From an uncultured bacterium (GTDB lineage: Bacteria; Cyanobacteriota; Cyanobacteriia; Thermostichales; Thermostichaceae), in the NCBI GenBank assembly GCA_964429885.1, contig CAYSEO010000002.1, forward strand, positions 17,072 through 60,385: a stretch of 43,314 nt of DNA, written 5' to 3'. Positions 25,307 to 34,898 of this stretch are shown piece by piece. Each line of letters starts with the position of its first letter. The stretch's first letter is position 1. A program made the translations under genes and the position numbers. The notes beneath the pieces were generated by a model, which did not search any database, was not told the origin of the DNA, and saw only the letters and a list, made by a program, of their open reading frames with translations.

Positions 25307-26608
25307 ATGCTGGCCTCTCAGAAAAAATCGTGCCTCACCCCGGCCAAGCGGCTACAGCAGCTCCCGGCCTATGTGTTTGCCCGTCTGGATGAGCTGAAGG
25401 TGCGGGCTCGCAATCAGGGATTGGATCTGATCGATCTGGGTATGGGCAATCCCGATGGTCCTACTCCTCCGACAGTGGTGGAGGCAGCCCAACGAGCGAT
25501 CCAGGACAGCACTAATCATGGCTATCCGCCGTTTGAGGGCACGAGCAGCTTTCGGACTGCGATCACGGAATGGTACCAGCGGCGCTATGGAGTGGAGCTG
25601 GATCCTGAGGGGGAAGCTCTGCCGTTGTTGGGATCCAAGGAAGGTCTCACTCATCTAGCCCTGGCCTATGTGGATCCGGGGGATCTAGTCCTCGTCCCTA
25701 GCCCGGCCTACCCCGCCCACTTTCGGGGACCCTTGATCGCGGGAGCCGAGATCTATCCCTTACCCATGGGGCCTGAACGGAATTGGCTGATCGATGTCGA
25801 TGCGATTCCGTCTGAGGTTGCGGCACGGGCTCGGGTGCTTTACTTCAACTACCCCAACAATCCCACTACAGCGGTGGCTCCACGGGAGCTGTTTGAGCGG
25901 ATCGTTCAGTTTGCCCATCGGCATGATCTGATCCTGGTGCATGATCTGTGTTACGCGGAGCTGGCTTTCGATGGCTATCAGCCCACCAGTCTGTTAGAGA
26001 TCCCAGGGGCCAAGGAGATCGGGGTCGAGTTTCACACCCTTTCAAAAACCTACAATATGGCCGGTTGGCGAGTCGGTTTTGTGGTGGGCAACCGTCAGAT
26101 CATCCAGAGCTTGCGGACCCTAAAAACGAACCTAGATTATGGTATCTTTGCGGCGATCCAGACGGCAGCGGAGACAGCTCTAAGACTCCCGGATCACTAC
26201 CTCCATTCCGTGCAGCAACGCTATCAAGCCCGCCGCGATCTAATGATCGATCGTCTCTCTCAATTGGGCTGGCAGATCACGCCGCCTCAGGCCACCATGT
26301 ATCTCTGGATCCCGACACCCATTTTGGCCAATGGGGAGCATGAGGGATCAACAGAGTTCGCCCTACAGGTGTTGGAGAAGACCGGTGTCGTCGTGACCCC
26401 TGGCAATGCCTTTGGAGAAGGAGGAGAGGGCTATGTGCGGATCAGTCTGATCGCGGATGGGGATCGGCTGGGGGAGGCGATCGATCGGTGGAGTGCTGCC
26501 GGGATCGTCTATCAGAAACATCCTCGATCCATGGGTTTGGCTCATAGCCAGAGGCACGATCTTTCTGAACGAGTGGATGAGTTGCTCTGGCGGGATCCAG
26601 GCCAGTGA
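25307..26608 (+). CDS. PLP-dependent aminotransferase, class I/II (AspC / DapL-related)
   Basis: LPAYVFARLDELK, GMGNPDGPTP, NYPNNPT and PLP-Lys motif TLSKTYNMAGWRVGF. Confidence 0.88.
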   Translation: MLASQKKSCLTPAKRLQQLPAYVFARLDELKVRARNQGLDLIDLGMGNPDGPTPPTVVEAAQRAIQDSTNHGYPPFEGTSSFRTAITEWYQRRYGVELDPEGEALPLLGSKEGLTHLALAYVDPGDLVLVPSPAYPAHFRGPLIAGAEIYPLPMGPERNWLIDVDAIPSEVAARARVLYFNYPNNPTTAVAPRELFERIVQFAHRHDLILVHDLCYAELAFDGYQPTSLLEIPGAKEIGVEFHTLSKTYNMAGWRVGFVVGNRQIIQSLRTLKTNLDYGIFAAIQTAAETALRLPDHYLHSVQQRYQARRDLMIDRLSQLGWQITPPQATMYLWIPTPILANGEHEGSTEFALQVLEKTGVVVTPGNAFGEGGEGYVRISLIADGDRLGEAIDRWSAAGIVYQKHPRSMGLAHSQRHDLSERVDELLWRDPGQ

Positions 26609-26726
26609 TCGCAGATCTCCACAGATCGGTGCTCTGATCGTCGGTGACGGTTTGGGTTACTGTTAACATCAGGCTGCCTAACCATAAGCCAACACATCTT
26701 GACCTTGGAAACCTCTCGATAGCCCC

Positions 26727-28385
26727 ATGACTGGACAGTCCCTCACGATCTACGACACCACCCTGCGAGACGGCGCCCAACGGGAAGGTCTGGCCCTCTC
26801 CATCGAGGATAAGCTCCAGATCGCCAAGCTCCTGGACCAACTGGGGATCCCGTTTATCGAGGGGGGTTGGCCCGGTGCCAATCCTAAAGATGTGCAATTC
26901 TTCCTGCAGCTGAAAGAGGAGCCCCTCATCCAGGCAGAGATCGTCCCCTTCTGCTCCACCCGTCGTCCCCAACGCTCCGCCCAAGACGATCCCATGTTTC
27001 AGGCGATTCTGGCGGCAGGCACCCGCTACGTCACCGTCTTCGGCAAATCCTGGGATCTGCATGTCACCGACAGCCTCAACACCACCCTGGCGGAGAACCT
27101 GGAGATGATCCGGGACACTATCGTCTATCTGCGCTCCCAACAGCGACGGGTGATCTATGATGCCGAACACTGGTTTGATGCCTATCGTTACAATCCCGAG
27201 TATGCCCTGGAGACCCTGAGGACGGCAGCGGAGGCGGGTGCGCAATGGCTAGTTCTCTGTGATACCAATGGTGGTCGTTTACCCACGGAGATCGCCCAGA
27301 TCACCCAGGGGGTCCTGGAGGAAGCCCATCACCTGCAGGGGGCTCAGATCGGCATTCATACCCACAATGACTCGGGTACGGCGGTGGCCAATGCCCTAGC
27401 TGCAGTCCAAACCGGAGCCACCATGATCCAGGGCACGATCAATGGCTATGGGGAACGCTGTGGCAATGCCAATCTCTGTAGTCTGATCCCCAATCTGGAG
27501 CTGAAGCTGGGTTATCACTGTTTGCCGGAGGGCAAGTTAACCCGACTGACGGAAACCTCCCGAGCCGTGAGTGAGGTGGTCAATCTAGCTCCCGATGATC
27601 ATGCCCCGTTTGTGGGACGCTCCGCCTTCGCCCACAAGGGAGGGATCCATGTCAGTGCCGTCCGTAAGAATCCCATCACCTACGAACATATCCAACCGGA
27701 TCAGGTGGGCAATGTCAGACGGATCGTGGTTTCCGAACAGGCGGGCATGAGCAATGTGTTGACCAAGGTGGCACACTTTGGTTTCGAGATGGAGAAACAG
27801 GATCCCAGAGCCCAACAGATCCTCAAGCATTTGAAACAGCTGGAGATGCAAGGGTACCAATTCGAAGCAGCAGAGGCCAGCTTTGAGCTATTGGTGCGGG
27901 GGTGTCTGGGATTGCGGCCTGAGTTCTTTGAGCTGATCCATTTCAACGTTACCTCCAACACCGATTCCACATGGAGCAGTCTGGGCTGGGATCTGGAGGA
28001 ACAGCAACCTGAGGTCCTCTCTCTGGCGGCGATCAAGGTGCGGGTGGAGGATCAGGTGCGGGTGACTGCTGGTGAAGGCAATGGTCCGGTGGCGGCGATG
28101 GACAGTGCCCTGCGCAAGGCCTTATTGGAGTTCTATCCGCAGTTGAAGCAAACCCATCTCTCCGATTACAAGGTCCGGATCCTGGATGGTCGGGCGGGCA
28201 CCTCAGCTCGAACTCGGGTATTGATCGAGTTCAGTGATGGCCAACATCGGTGGACCACGGTGGGAGTCTCCCCCAACATCATCGAAGCCTCCTGTCGGGC
28301 CCTAACGGAAGGATTGGACTATGCCCTGATGAAATTCGCAGGCAAAATCCAGGATCCGATCCCCTCTTCCTCCCTTTCCAGCTAA
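26727..28385 (+). CDS. cimA: (R)-citramalate synthase / 2-isopropylmalate-synthase-family protein
   Basis: LTIYDTTLRDGAQREG, IHTHNDSGTAVAN and GERCGNANL. The size (about 550 aa) and the C-terminal LeuA-dimer-like regulatory domain are typical of the cyanobacterial CimA type. Confidence 0.85.
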   Translation: MTGQSLTIYDTTLRDGAQREGLALSIEDKLQIAKLLDQLGIPFIEGGWPGANPKDVQFFLQLKEEPLIQAEIVPFCSTRRPQRSAQDDPMFQAILAAGTRYVTVFGKSWDLHVTDSLNTTLAENLEMIRDTIVYLRSQQRRVIYDAEHWFDAYRYNPEYALETLRTAAEAGAQWLVLCDTNGGRLPTEIAQITQGVLEEAHHLQGAQIGIHTHNDSGTAVANALAAVQTGATMIQGTINGYGERCGNANLCSLIPNLELKLGYHCLPEGKLTRLTETSRAVSEVVNLAPDDHAPFVGRSAFAHKGGIHVSAVRKNPITYEHIQPDQVGNVRRIVVSEQAGMSNVLTKVAHFGFEMEKQDPRAQQILKHLKQLEMQGYQFEAAEASFELLVRGCLGLRPEFFELIHFNVTSNTDSTWSSLGWDLEEQQPEVLSLAAIKVRVEDQVRVTAGEGNGPVAAMDSALRKALLEFYPQLKQTHLSDYKVRILDGRAGTSARTRVLIEFSDGQHRWTTVGVSPNIIEASCRALTEGLDYALMKFAGKIQDPIPSSSLSS

Positions 28386-28394
28386 GGGATCTCC

Positions 28395-28982
28395 ATGGCA
28401 CTCCCTCACCCCTCCCAGTCGATCCTAGAATTTTGGTTTGGCTCCATTACGGATCCTGACTATGGCCAACCTCGTCAAGCCTGGTTCATCAAAGATCCCC
28501 AATTTGATCACCAGATCCAGGCGCAATTCTTCGGGATCTACGCTCAGGCTGCTACAGGTCAGTTACAGGATTGGCAGGACCATCCCCTCTCTGGTTTGGC
28601 ATTGGTGATCGTTTTAGATCAGTTCTCTCGTAATCTATTCCGACGTCAGCCCCAAGCTTTTGCCACGGATCCGATGGCTCGGGCTGCCGCAAAACAAGCC
28701 CTAGATCGGGGATTTGATCAGGAGCTGCTGCCGGTACAGCGATGGTTTCTCTATCTGCCCTTTGAACATAGTGAGGATCTAGAAGATCAACATCGATCGG
28801 TGGAACTCTTCTCGCAACTGGATCAGTCTGATCCAGAAAACGCCAAGTGTCTGGCCTATGCGAAACGTCATCTGGAGGTGATCCAGAGATTCGGTCGATT
28901 CCCCCACCGCAATCGGATCCTGGGCCGGACCTCCACTGCAGCGGAGATCGAGTTTTTGCAACAACCTGGATCATCCTTCTAG
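28395..28982 (+). CDS. DUF924-family protein
   Basis: ILEFWFG, VLDQFSRNLFR, FLYLPFEHSE and IQRFGRFPHRNRILGRTST are the characteristic DUF924 blocks. Confidence 0.85.
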   Translation: MALPHPSQSILEFWFGSITDPDYGQPRQAWFIKDPQFDHQIQAQFFGIYAQAATGQLQDWQDHPLSGLALVIVLDQFSRNLFRRQPQAFATDPMARAAAKQALDRGFDQELLPVQRWFLYLPFEHSEDLEDQHRSVELFSQLDQSDPENAKCLAYAKRHLEVIQRFGRFPHRNRILGRTSTAAEIEFLQQPGSSF

Positions 28983-29064
28983 AAATAGTTTTGTAGACAA
29001 CAAGTCAGCAGATATTGCAGTCGCTCCATTCTTTAGGATATGACGATCGTTTGACCTGAGGCTA

Positions 29065-29130
29065 AGTAGATCGACAAAATTACTTTGACATACACTATAT
29101 AGCCTGTATAAACGTTTTTGCTGATCGACT
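29065..29130 (+). repeat. dispersed 66-bp element, copy B (promoter facing the transketolase-like gene)
   Basis: AGTAGATCGACAAAATTACTTTGACATACACTATATAGCCTGTATAAACGTTTTTGCTGATCGACT. TTGACA (29085..29090) and TATAAA (29107..29112) are separated by 16 nt. Confidence 0.8.
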
Positions 29131-29441
29131 TACGCCTGATCCGGGCGTCTCAATCGGAGTGGCGACTGCAATAACTCTTAGACCTGTGCGGGAGTCATCG
29201 TGTCTGTCTGCTCAATTTGGGACTCTGATCTGGCCTGGGGAGAGCTAAGCTGCTTGCCGAGATAGAGGGGGAACTGGATCCTGAGCTAACTTCGGATCTC
29301 ACAGGGCTTGGTTTACAGTGATAGGACAGCCTGATCACGGGCTGCTTCGCAGATGTATGGATGGGGGGTCGATCTGAACTCCGACTCGATCTGATCCTCT
29401 GACCGACCCCATCGCTCTCTGTCGTGCCGCAAGGAACCTCC

Positions 29442-31355
29442 ATGACTATCGCAACCGCTCCTTTCCCCATTGATCTGGATGCCTACCAACGGATCAGCCT
29501 CGATCCGGCCACTACCACCCTCACCCCCGAACAGAAACAGGCGCTGCGGGCCAACATTCAGCTGTGTCGGGATACCATCGTCTTCTTCACCGCCACGGGC
29601 GCAGCGAAGGGCTTGGGGGGACATACCGGAGGTCCCTACGACACGGTGCCGGAGGTGATGATCCTGGATGCTCTATTCCGGGGTAAGCCCGAGGCTTTTG
29701 TGCCGATCTTCTTTGATGAGGCGGGACACCGGGTGGCGACCCAGTATCTCATGTCAGCTCTGGATGGCGATCTGCCCCTGGAAAAGCTGGTGCATTATCG
29801 GGAGGCCCATCACCATCTGCCGGGACACCCAGAGAAGGGGTTGACCCCTGGGGTGAAGTTTAGCTCCGGTCGTCTCGGTCACATGTGGCCCTATGTCAAC
29901 GGTGTGGCTCTGGCTAATCCTGGCAAAGCGGTGTTTTGTCTCGGATCGGACGGATCTCAGCAGGAGGGTAATGATGCGGAGGCGGCTCGTCTGGCTGTAG
30001 CCCAACACCTGAATGTCAAGCTGCTGATCGATGACAACGATGTCACCATTGCTGGACATCCCTCTAACTACCTGCCGGGATTTAGTGTGGCTCAGACGTT
30101 GCGGGGCCATGGGCTAACGGTTCTAGAGGGGGATGGTGAGGATCTGGACGGCCTCTACCAGCGCATCTGTCAAGCGATCGAGACACCGGGGCCGGTGGCT
30201 GTGATCTGCAAGCGCAAGATGTCTGTGGGCATTGAGGGCATTGAAGGATCTACCCATGGCCATGATGTGATCCCTTTGGATAAAGCATTGACCTTCCTGG
30301 AGTCTCGGGGCCGAACGGAGGCGGTCGAGTATCTCAAGAGCCTGGAGAAGCCCAAGAATCCCTATACCTTCATGGGATCTAGCAGCAATGTGGGCTCTAA
30401 CCGCAATATCTTTGGCGATACGGTGGTCAAGATCCTGGGTCGCATGAGTGAGACGGAGCGCAAAGAGAAGGTGTTGGTGGTGGACAACGATCTGGAAGGA
30501 TCCTGTGGGCTGAAACAGATCCGACAGGCTCACCCAGAGGTGTTCATCAGCGGCGGCATCATGGAGCGGGGCAACCTATCTGCTGCGGCTGGCTTTGGCA
30601 TGGAGCAGGGCAAGCAAGGCATCTATGCCACCTTTAGTGCCTTCTTAGAGATGGTGGTGTCTGAAATCACCATGTCTCGTCTCAATTACTCCAACATTCT
30701 CTGTCATTTCTCCCATGCTGGGGTGGATGATATGGCGGACAATACCTGTCACTTCGGCATCAATAATATGTTTGCCGATAACGGCTTGGATGATGGCCAC
30801 GAGACTCGCCTGTATTTTCCTGGGGATGGTCATCAGATGGCGGCTTGTGTGGAGGCGATCTTCAATGATCCGGGCCTGCGATTTATCTTCTCCACCCGCT
30901 CTAAGGTGCCCTACATTCTGGATGAATCGGGCAAGGAGTTCTTTGGTGAGGGCTATACCTTTACCCCCGGCAAGGATGAGGTGATCCGGGAAGGAACGGC
31001 AGGTTACATTGTCGCCTTTGGGGATGCTCTGTATCGCTCGGTGGATGCAGTGGAGCGCCTCAAGCAACAGGGAATCAGCGTAGGACTGATCAACAAGCCC
31101 ACTCTAAATGTGGTGGATGAGGACATGATTGCCAAGATCGGGACCTCTGGGTTTGTGCTGGTGGTGGAGCCCTTCAACCGGCGCACAGGTCTAGGCAGCC
31201 GTTTTGGCTCCTGGCTACTGGAGCGGGATCTGACGCCGAAATATGCTTACCTGGGCACTTACCGAGAAGGATCCGGTGGTCTTTGGGAGCAGTACCCCCA
31301 CCAGGGCATCGATCCGGACAGCATCATGGCTAAGGTGAAGCAGCTAGCGGGCTAG
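29442..31355 (+). CDS. transketolase-family protein (divergent, about 637 aa)
   Basis: GGHTGGPYD in place of the canonical SGHPG. ThDP-binding GSDGSQQEGNDAEAARLA...LIDDNDVTIAG. Pyrimidine-binding and C-terminal domains are present. ATG at 29442 follows AAGGAACC. Confidence 0.85.
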   Translation: MTIATAPFPIDLDAYQRISLDPATTTLTPEQKQALRANIQLCRDTIVFFTATGAAKGLGGHTGGPYDTVPEVMILDALFRGKPEAFVPIFFDEAGHRVATQYLMSALDGDLPLEKLVHYREAHHHLPGHPEKGLTPGVKFSSGRLGHMWPYVNGVALANPGKAVFCLGSDGSQQEGNDAEAARLAVAQHLNVKLLIDDNDVTIAGHPSNYLPGFSVAQTLRGHGLTVLEGDGEDLDGLYQRICQAIETPGPVAVICKRKMSVGIEGIEGSTHGHDVIPLDKALTFLESRGRTEAVEYLKSLEKPKNPYTFMGSSSNVGSNRNIFGDTVVKILGRMSETERKEKVLVVDNDLEGSCGLKQIRQAHPEVFISGGIMERGNLSAAAGFGMEQGKQGIYATFSAFLEMVVSEITMSRLNYSNILCHFSHAGVDDMADNTCHFGINNMFADNGLDDGHETRLYFPGDGHQMAACVEAIFNDPGLRFIFSTRSKVPYILDESGKEFFGEGYTFTPGKDEVIREGTAGYIVAFGDALYRSVDAVERLKQQGISVGLINKPTLNVVDEDMIAKIGTSGFVLVVEPFNRRTGLGSRFGSWLLERDLTPKYAYLGTYREGSGGLWEQYPHQGIDPDSIMAKVKQLAG

Positions 31356-31369
31356 GCTGTGCATACTCA

Positions 31370-31415
31370 GGGCTTGATCGAGATACGGAGGTTAATCTTT
31401 GGCTCGATCGAGCCC
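31370..31415 (+). terminator. 13-bp stem hairpin after the transketolase-like gene
   Basis: GGGCTTGATCGAG-N20-CTCGATCGAGCCC with one G-U wobble, 15 nt after the stop. No U-tract follows. Confidence 0.4.
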
Positions 31416-31498
31416 CCTTCAGCTCCTAGGATCTGAAAACCTTTTAGGGCTACCTGATACACAGATCTCTCATCCCATCTCTCATTCATCCTCTTGTT

Positions 31499-31526
31499 CC
31501 CCTCCTGGGAGGGGCTAGGGGTGGGT
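31499..31526. repeat. GC-rich hairpin-containing short repeat (copy 2)
   Basis: CCCCTCCTGGGAGGGGCTAGGGGTGGGT; compare 25098..25124. Confidence 0.6.
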
Positions 31527-31590
31527 CAGATCACCGAACTATGTATACACGGTACCCTAGTGGGGTATTGCTGGGTTGAGGATCTTGGGG

Positions 31591-32046
31591 ATGGATATTC
31601 GTATTGATGATCTACAAGGGCCTGAGATCGCTAACTTGTTAGACGAACATCTGCAGGATATGGCCTTCCACTCCCCTCCAGAAAGTTGCCATGCCTTGGA
31701 TCTGGAGGGGTTGCGGGTGCCCGAGGTTACTGTCTGGACGCTGTGGCAGGACAGCGAGCTTTTGGGGTGTGGTGCCCTAAAGGAATTGGATCCTACCCAT
31801 GGGGAGATCAAATCCATGCGAACCGCTAGAGCCCATCGCAGAAAGGGGATCGCCTCTCGTCTTCTGAGCCATATTTTGGAGGAGTCCCGCCGCCGTTCCT
31901 ATCGACGAGTCAGCCTTGAGACCGGCTCCATGGTCGCCTTCACCCCGGCTCATGCGCTCTACACCAGGTTTGGATTTCAGCTCTGTCAACCGTTTGCTAC
32001 CTATAAAGAGGATCCCAATAGCATCTTCATGACTCTAGAATTGTGA
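31591..32046 (+). CDS. GNAT-family N-acetyltransferase
   Basis: Acetyl-CoA motif A region HRRKGIASRLLSHIL and a beta-bulge region GCGALKEL...GEIKSMRT. ATG at 31591. Confidence 0.85.
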   Translation: MDIRIDDLQGPEIANLLDEHLQDMAFHSPPESCHALDLEGLRVPEVTVWTLWQDSELLGCGALKELDPTHGEIKSMRTARAHRRKGIASRLLSHILEESRRRSYRRVSLETGSMVAFTPAHALYTRFGFQLCQPFATYKEDPNSIFMTLEL

Positions 32047-32082
32047 TGATATCGCTCAGGATCATGAGCTCCTATCCCATTC

Positions 32083-32709
32083 TCAATCAAACTCCACAGA
32101 CCATTGGCTGGGCCGATCATGGTAGCGAAACATGCGCTGGATCTGATCGGCGGTGACCCGTCCAATGGAGAGCTCAGGAAGAGCATCTCGATAAAAGAAT
32201 TGGGCTGCAAGGGTCTCCACGTAATCGGGCTGCTCCTGACTCAGGATCTCGCAGTGAAAGAATAGTTTGTAGATATGGAATGGATAGGGGGGATAGTGGG
32301 CATGTTGGCTGCGATCATACACAGCTAACAGCCGAACGGTTCGAGTTCGATAACCTGCCTCCTCCAGGATCTCTCGCTCCACCGCCTGACTGGGTCGATC
32401 GTTGACATCGGCCCAACCTCCGGGCAGAGTCCAACGTCCGTCAGATCTCTCCTGCACCAAGAGGATCTGTCCCTCCTGGAATACCACGCCCCGCACATCC
32501 ACCTTGGGAGTGGCATAGCCCGACTCTTGTGCGAACAGATCGATGATCTGCTCAGAGGTCCAGCCGGAGGGGGTGGAGAGGATCTGGGCTGCGATCTCCC
32601 GGATCGACTCATAGCGCTCCACATCGTAGGGACTCTCGGCGAAATGCAGTCCATTCTGAGCGATCCCCTGGAGCTGTCTGGCCCATTGCAACCATTGAGG
32701 ATCCATCAC
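32083..32709 (-). CDS. NUDIX hydrolase with N-terminal helical NUDIX-associated domain
   Basis: Nudix box GGWADVNDRPSQAVEREILEEAGY. N-terminal WLQWARQLQGIAQNGLHFAESPYDVERYE. Confidence 0.9.
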   Translation of the reverse strand: MMDPQWLQWARQLQGIAQNGLHFAESPYDVERYESIREIAAQILSTPSGWTSEQIIDLFAQESGYATPKVDVRGVVFQEGQILLVQERSDGRWTLPGGWADVNDRPSQAVEREILEEAGYRTRTVRLLAVYDRSQHAHYPPYPFHIYKLFFHCEILSQEQPDYVETLAAQFFYRDALPELSIGRVTADQIQRMFRYHDRPSQWSVEFD

Positions 32710-33392
32710 ACCTTCTCCGCTGCCATGCGCACGAACCGATCCTGTTTATACCGTTGCTGAGCGATCACCTGAAAGCCGCAATGCTCCAACAGCCAGACCA
32801 GATCATCGGCACTGAACCGATTATGCTCATAGAAATGGGTGAACCAATCATCAAGCAACTCCAGATCCGTATCCGTGGCAAAGATCTGATCCACCTCTTC
32901 CTCACTAAAGTAGAGGACCAGGGGAGCCCGGATCCAGTCCACCAACATCAATCTGCCACCGGGTTTCAGCAAACGATGGGCTGTTTGTAGCAAACGGACA
33001 GGCTGGATCATCTCGTGTAACACCACGACGGATTGAGCCACATCCATAGAATGGGGTTCCAGGGATAGCTGTGGATCATGTAGGTCCGCCTTCAGCAGTT
33101 GGACTTGCGGCAGATCCGCCAACAGCTCCCGAGCCTTCTCCAACATATAAGGCATCAGATCGACGCCGAAGAGATGAGCTTGAGGGTAGCGATCAGCCCA
33201 GAGCTGCAGGGCCAATCCCGGACCTGTGCCCAGATCCAGCAGCCGAGGCTGATCTCCGAGACAGGGGTGGATATGTTGATTCCAAAACGACCAGAAGTCC
33301 TCATTGAATCGACCTGGGGTGGTCTGTACCATCAGATCGGAGAACTCAGGACCCCGATGGTGTTGGGTCAGCAGGCTAAGGGTGTCGGGCAT
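32706..33392 (-). CDS. class I SAM-dependent methyltransferase
   Basis: Motif I LLDLGTGPGLA, post-I FGVDL, and motif LKPGGRLMLVD. A 4-nt overlap with the downstream Nudix gene suggests an operon. Confidence 0.85.
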   Translation of the reverse strand: MPDTLSLLTQHHRGPEFSDLMVQTTPGRFNEDFWSFWNQHIHPCLGDQPRLLDLGTGPGLALQLWADRYPQAHLFGVDLMPYMLEKARELLADLPQVQLLKADLHDPQLSLEPHSMDVAQSVVVLHEMIQPVRLLQTAHRLLKPGGRLMLVDWIRAPLVLYFSEEEVDQIFATDTDLELLDDWFTHFYEHNRFSADDLVWLLEHCGFQVIAQQRYKQDRFVRMAAEKV

Positions 33393-33462
33393 GATCCAGG
33401 ATTGAGCAGCGAACTAGACCCATTATGGAGGATCAGGAGATTCTCTTGGGCGGATCCGAGCT

Positions 33463-33479
33463 CAATCTTTTAAAGATTG
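33463..33479. promoter_or_regulatory. perfect 17-bp palindrome in a divergent intergenic region (candidate operator)
   Basis: CAATCTTT-T-AAAGATTG, between the methyltransferase start (33392, minus) and the GDPD start (33586, plus). Confidence 0.35.
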
Positions 33480-33585
33480 TGAAGTCAGGTGATCGCTTTA
33501 CCAAACCTTTACGAGGCTTATACCTGAGGGACTTCGCTCTGGGTGTATGGTTGCCCTTAGCTTCCGAAGACTACTGGAGATCGTT

Positions 33586-34848
33586 ATGAGCATTTCTAGA
33601 TCGAGATCGGCCCTCGGGCTATCGATGCTGGCCGCCCTGTGGGTTGGGACACCTGTTCTAGCTCAGGATACCCAAGACAGCGGTGAGATCAATGTGCAAC
33701 TGGGACCTCGCCCCTACTACCTGGTTGAGGATATGGAGGAAGGCGAACTGAAATCGGCCTTACAGCAATGTGCCGAAGGACCTTTTTTCAAATCGGACTT
33801 CTCCATTGGTCACCGGGGAGCGCCTCTGCAATTCCCAGAGCATACCCGCGAGTCCTATGAGGCGGCGGCTCGCATGGGGGCCGGGATCCTAGAGTGTGAT
33901 GTCACCTTTACCCAAGATCGGGAGCTGGTCTGTCGTCACTCCCAATGTGATCTGCACACCACCACCAATATCCTGGCCATTCCAGAGTTGGCGGAGAAGT
34001 GTTCGGTGCCCTTTAGCCCTGCGGATCTGGAGGAGGGCACGGAGGCGACAGCGGAGTGTTGCACCAGTGATATCACCTTGGCTGAGTTCAAAACCCTCTG
34101 TGGCAAGATGGATGCCTCTGATCCTAACGCCACCACGGTCGAGGAGTATTTAGGGGGCACGGCGGATTGGCGCACGGATCTGTACTCCACCTGTGGCACG
34201 GTGATCTCTCATGGGGAGAGCATTGAGTTGTTCAGCGATCTGGGGGCTAAATTCACCCCTGAGCTCAAGTCTCCCAGTGTGGAGATGCCGTTTGAGGGGG
34301 AGTATTCCCAGGAAGATTACGCGCAACAACTGATCGATGAGTATAAGGATGCGGGCATTGAGCCGGATCAGGTGTACGCGCAATCTTTCAATCTAGAGGA
34401 TGTGTTGTATTGGATCGAGAACGAGCCTGAGTTTGGCGAGCAAGCGGTGTTCCTGGATGATCGTTACGATGATCCAGAGTTTGATCATTCTGATCCGGAA
34501 ACCTGGTCCCCGGATATGGAGGCTTTGGTGGAGGATGGGGTGCAGATCATCGCCCCTCCCATGTGGATGTTGGTGGCGGTGGATGAGGACGATCAGATTG
34601 TACCCTCGGTCTATGCCACTGCAGCTCAGGAGGCAGGCTTGGAGATCATCACCTGGACGATCGAGCGCTCCGCTCCTCTGGAAGATGGCGGGGGTTGGTA
34701 CTACCAAACTGTGGAGGAGGTCATCGATAACGATGGGGATATGATGACGGTCCTTAATGTTTTGGCTCAAGATGTCGAAGTGTTAGGGATCTTCTCCGAC
34801 TGGCCCGCCACGGTCACCTACTACGCCAACTGCATGGGTCTGGAGTAA
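33586..34848 (+). CDS. secreted glycerophosphodiester phosphodiesterase family protein
   Basis: Signal peptide ([18 protein letters not shown]). GDPD motif [20 protein letters not shown]...[19 protein letters not shown] at 33586. Confidence 0.85.
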   Translation: MSISRSRSALGLSMLAALWVGTPVLAQDTQDSGEINVQLGPRPYYLVEDMEEGELKSALQQCAEGPFFKSDFSIGHRGAPLQFPEHTRESYEAAARMGAGILECDVTFTQDRELVCRHSQCDLHTTTNILAIPELAEKCSVPFSPADLEEGTEATAECCTSDITLAEFKTLCGKMDASDPNATTVEEYLGGTADWRTDLYSTCGTVISHGESIELFSDLGAKFTPELKSPSVEMPFEGEYSQEDYAQQLIDEYKDAGIEPDQVYAQSFNLEDVLYWIENEPEFGEQAVFLDDRYDDPEFDHSDPETWSPDMEALVEDGVQIIAPPMWMLVAVDEDDQIVPSVYATAAQEAGLEIITWTIERSAPLEDGGGWYYQTVEEVIDNDGDMMTVLNVLAQDVEVLGIFSDWPATVTYYANCMGLE

Positions 34849-34898
34849 AGGGTTTAGATCTCCTTGAGAATCCTAACGGGATCTCTGAATCAAGTACT

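Noticed and set aside
26442-27245. 267-aa ORF on the minus strand spanning the aminotransferase 3-prime end and the cimA 5-prime end
   Set aside because: It is antisense to two genes with clear catalytic motifs. Its sequence is low-complexity and rich in Gly, Arg and Pro, as expected for a chance open frame opposite GC-rich coding DNA. It has no recognisable motif or ribosome-binding site.
19472-29130. Copies A and B of the 66-bp element in inverted orientation, considered as the ends of a 9.6-kb composite transposon or island
   Set aside because: The enclosed genes are ordinary metabolic and housekeeping genes (cysteine desulfurase, aminotransferase, cimA, DUF924). There is no transposase or integrase. 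GATC density is largely native-like, and the element promoters face outward toward flanking genes.
29131-29441. Possible TPP riboswitch in the leader of the transketolase-like gene, based on a CTGATCTGG match at 29225..29233
   Set aside because: Only that short piece of the THI-box is present. I could not find the CUGAGA element or the ...AUAAUGCCAGCG... continuation. GATC-containing strings are so common in this genome that the match is expected by chance.
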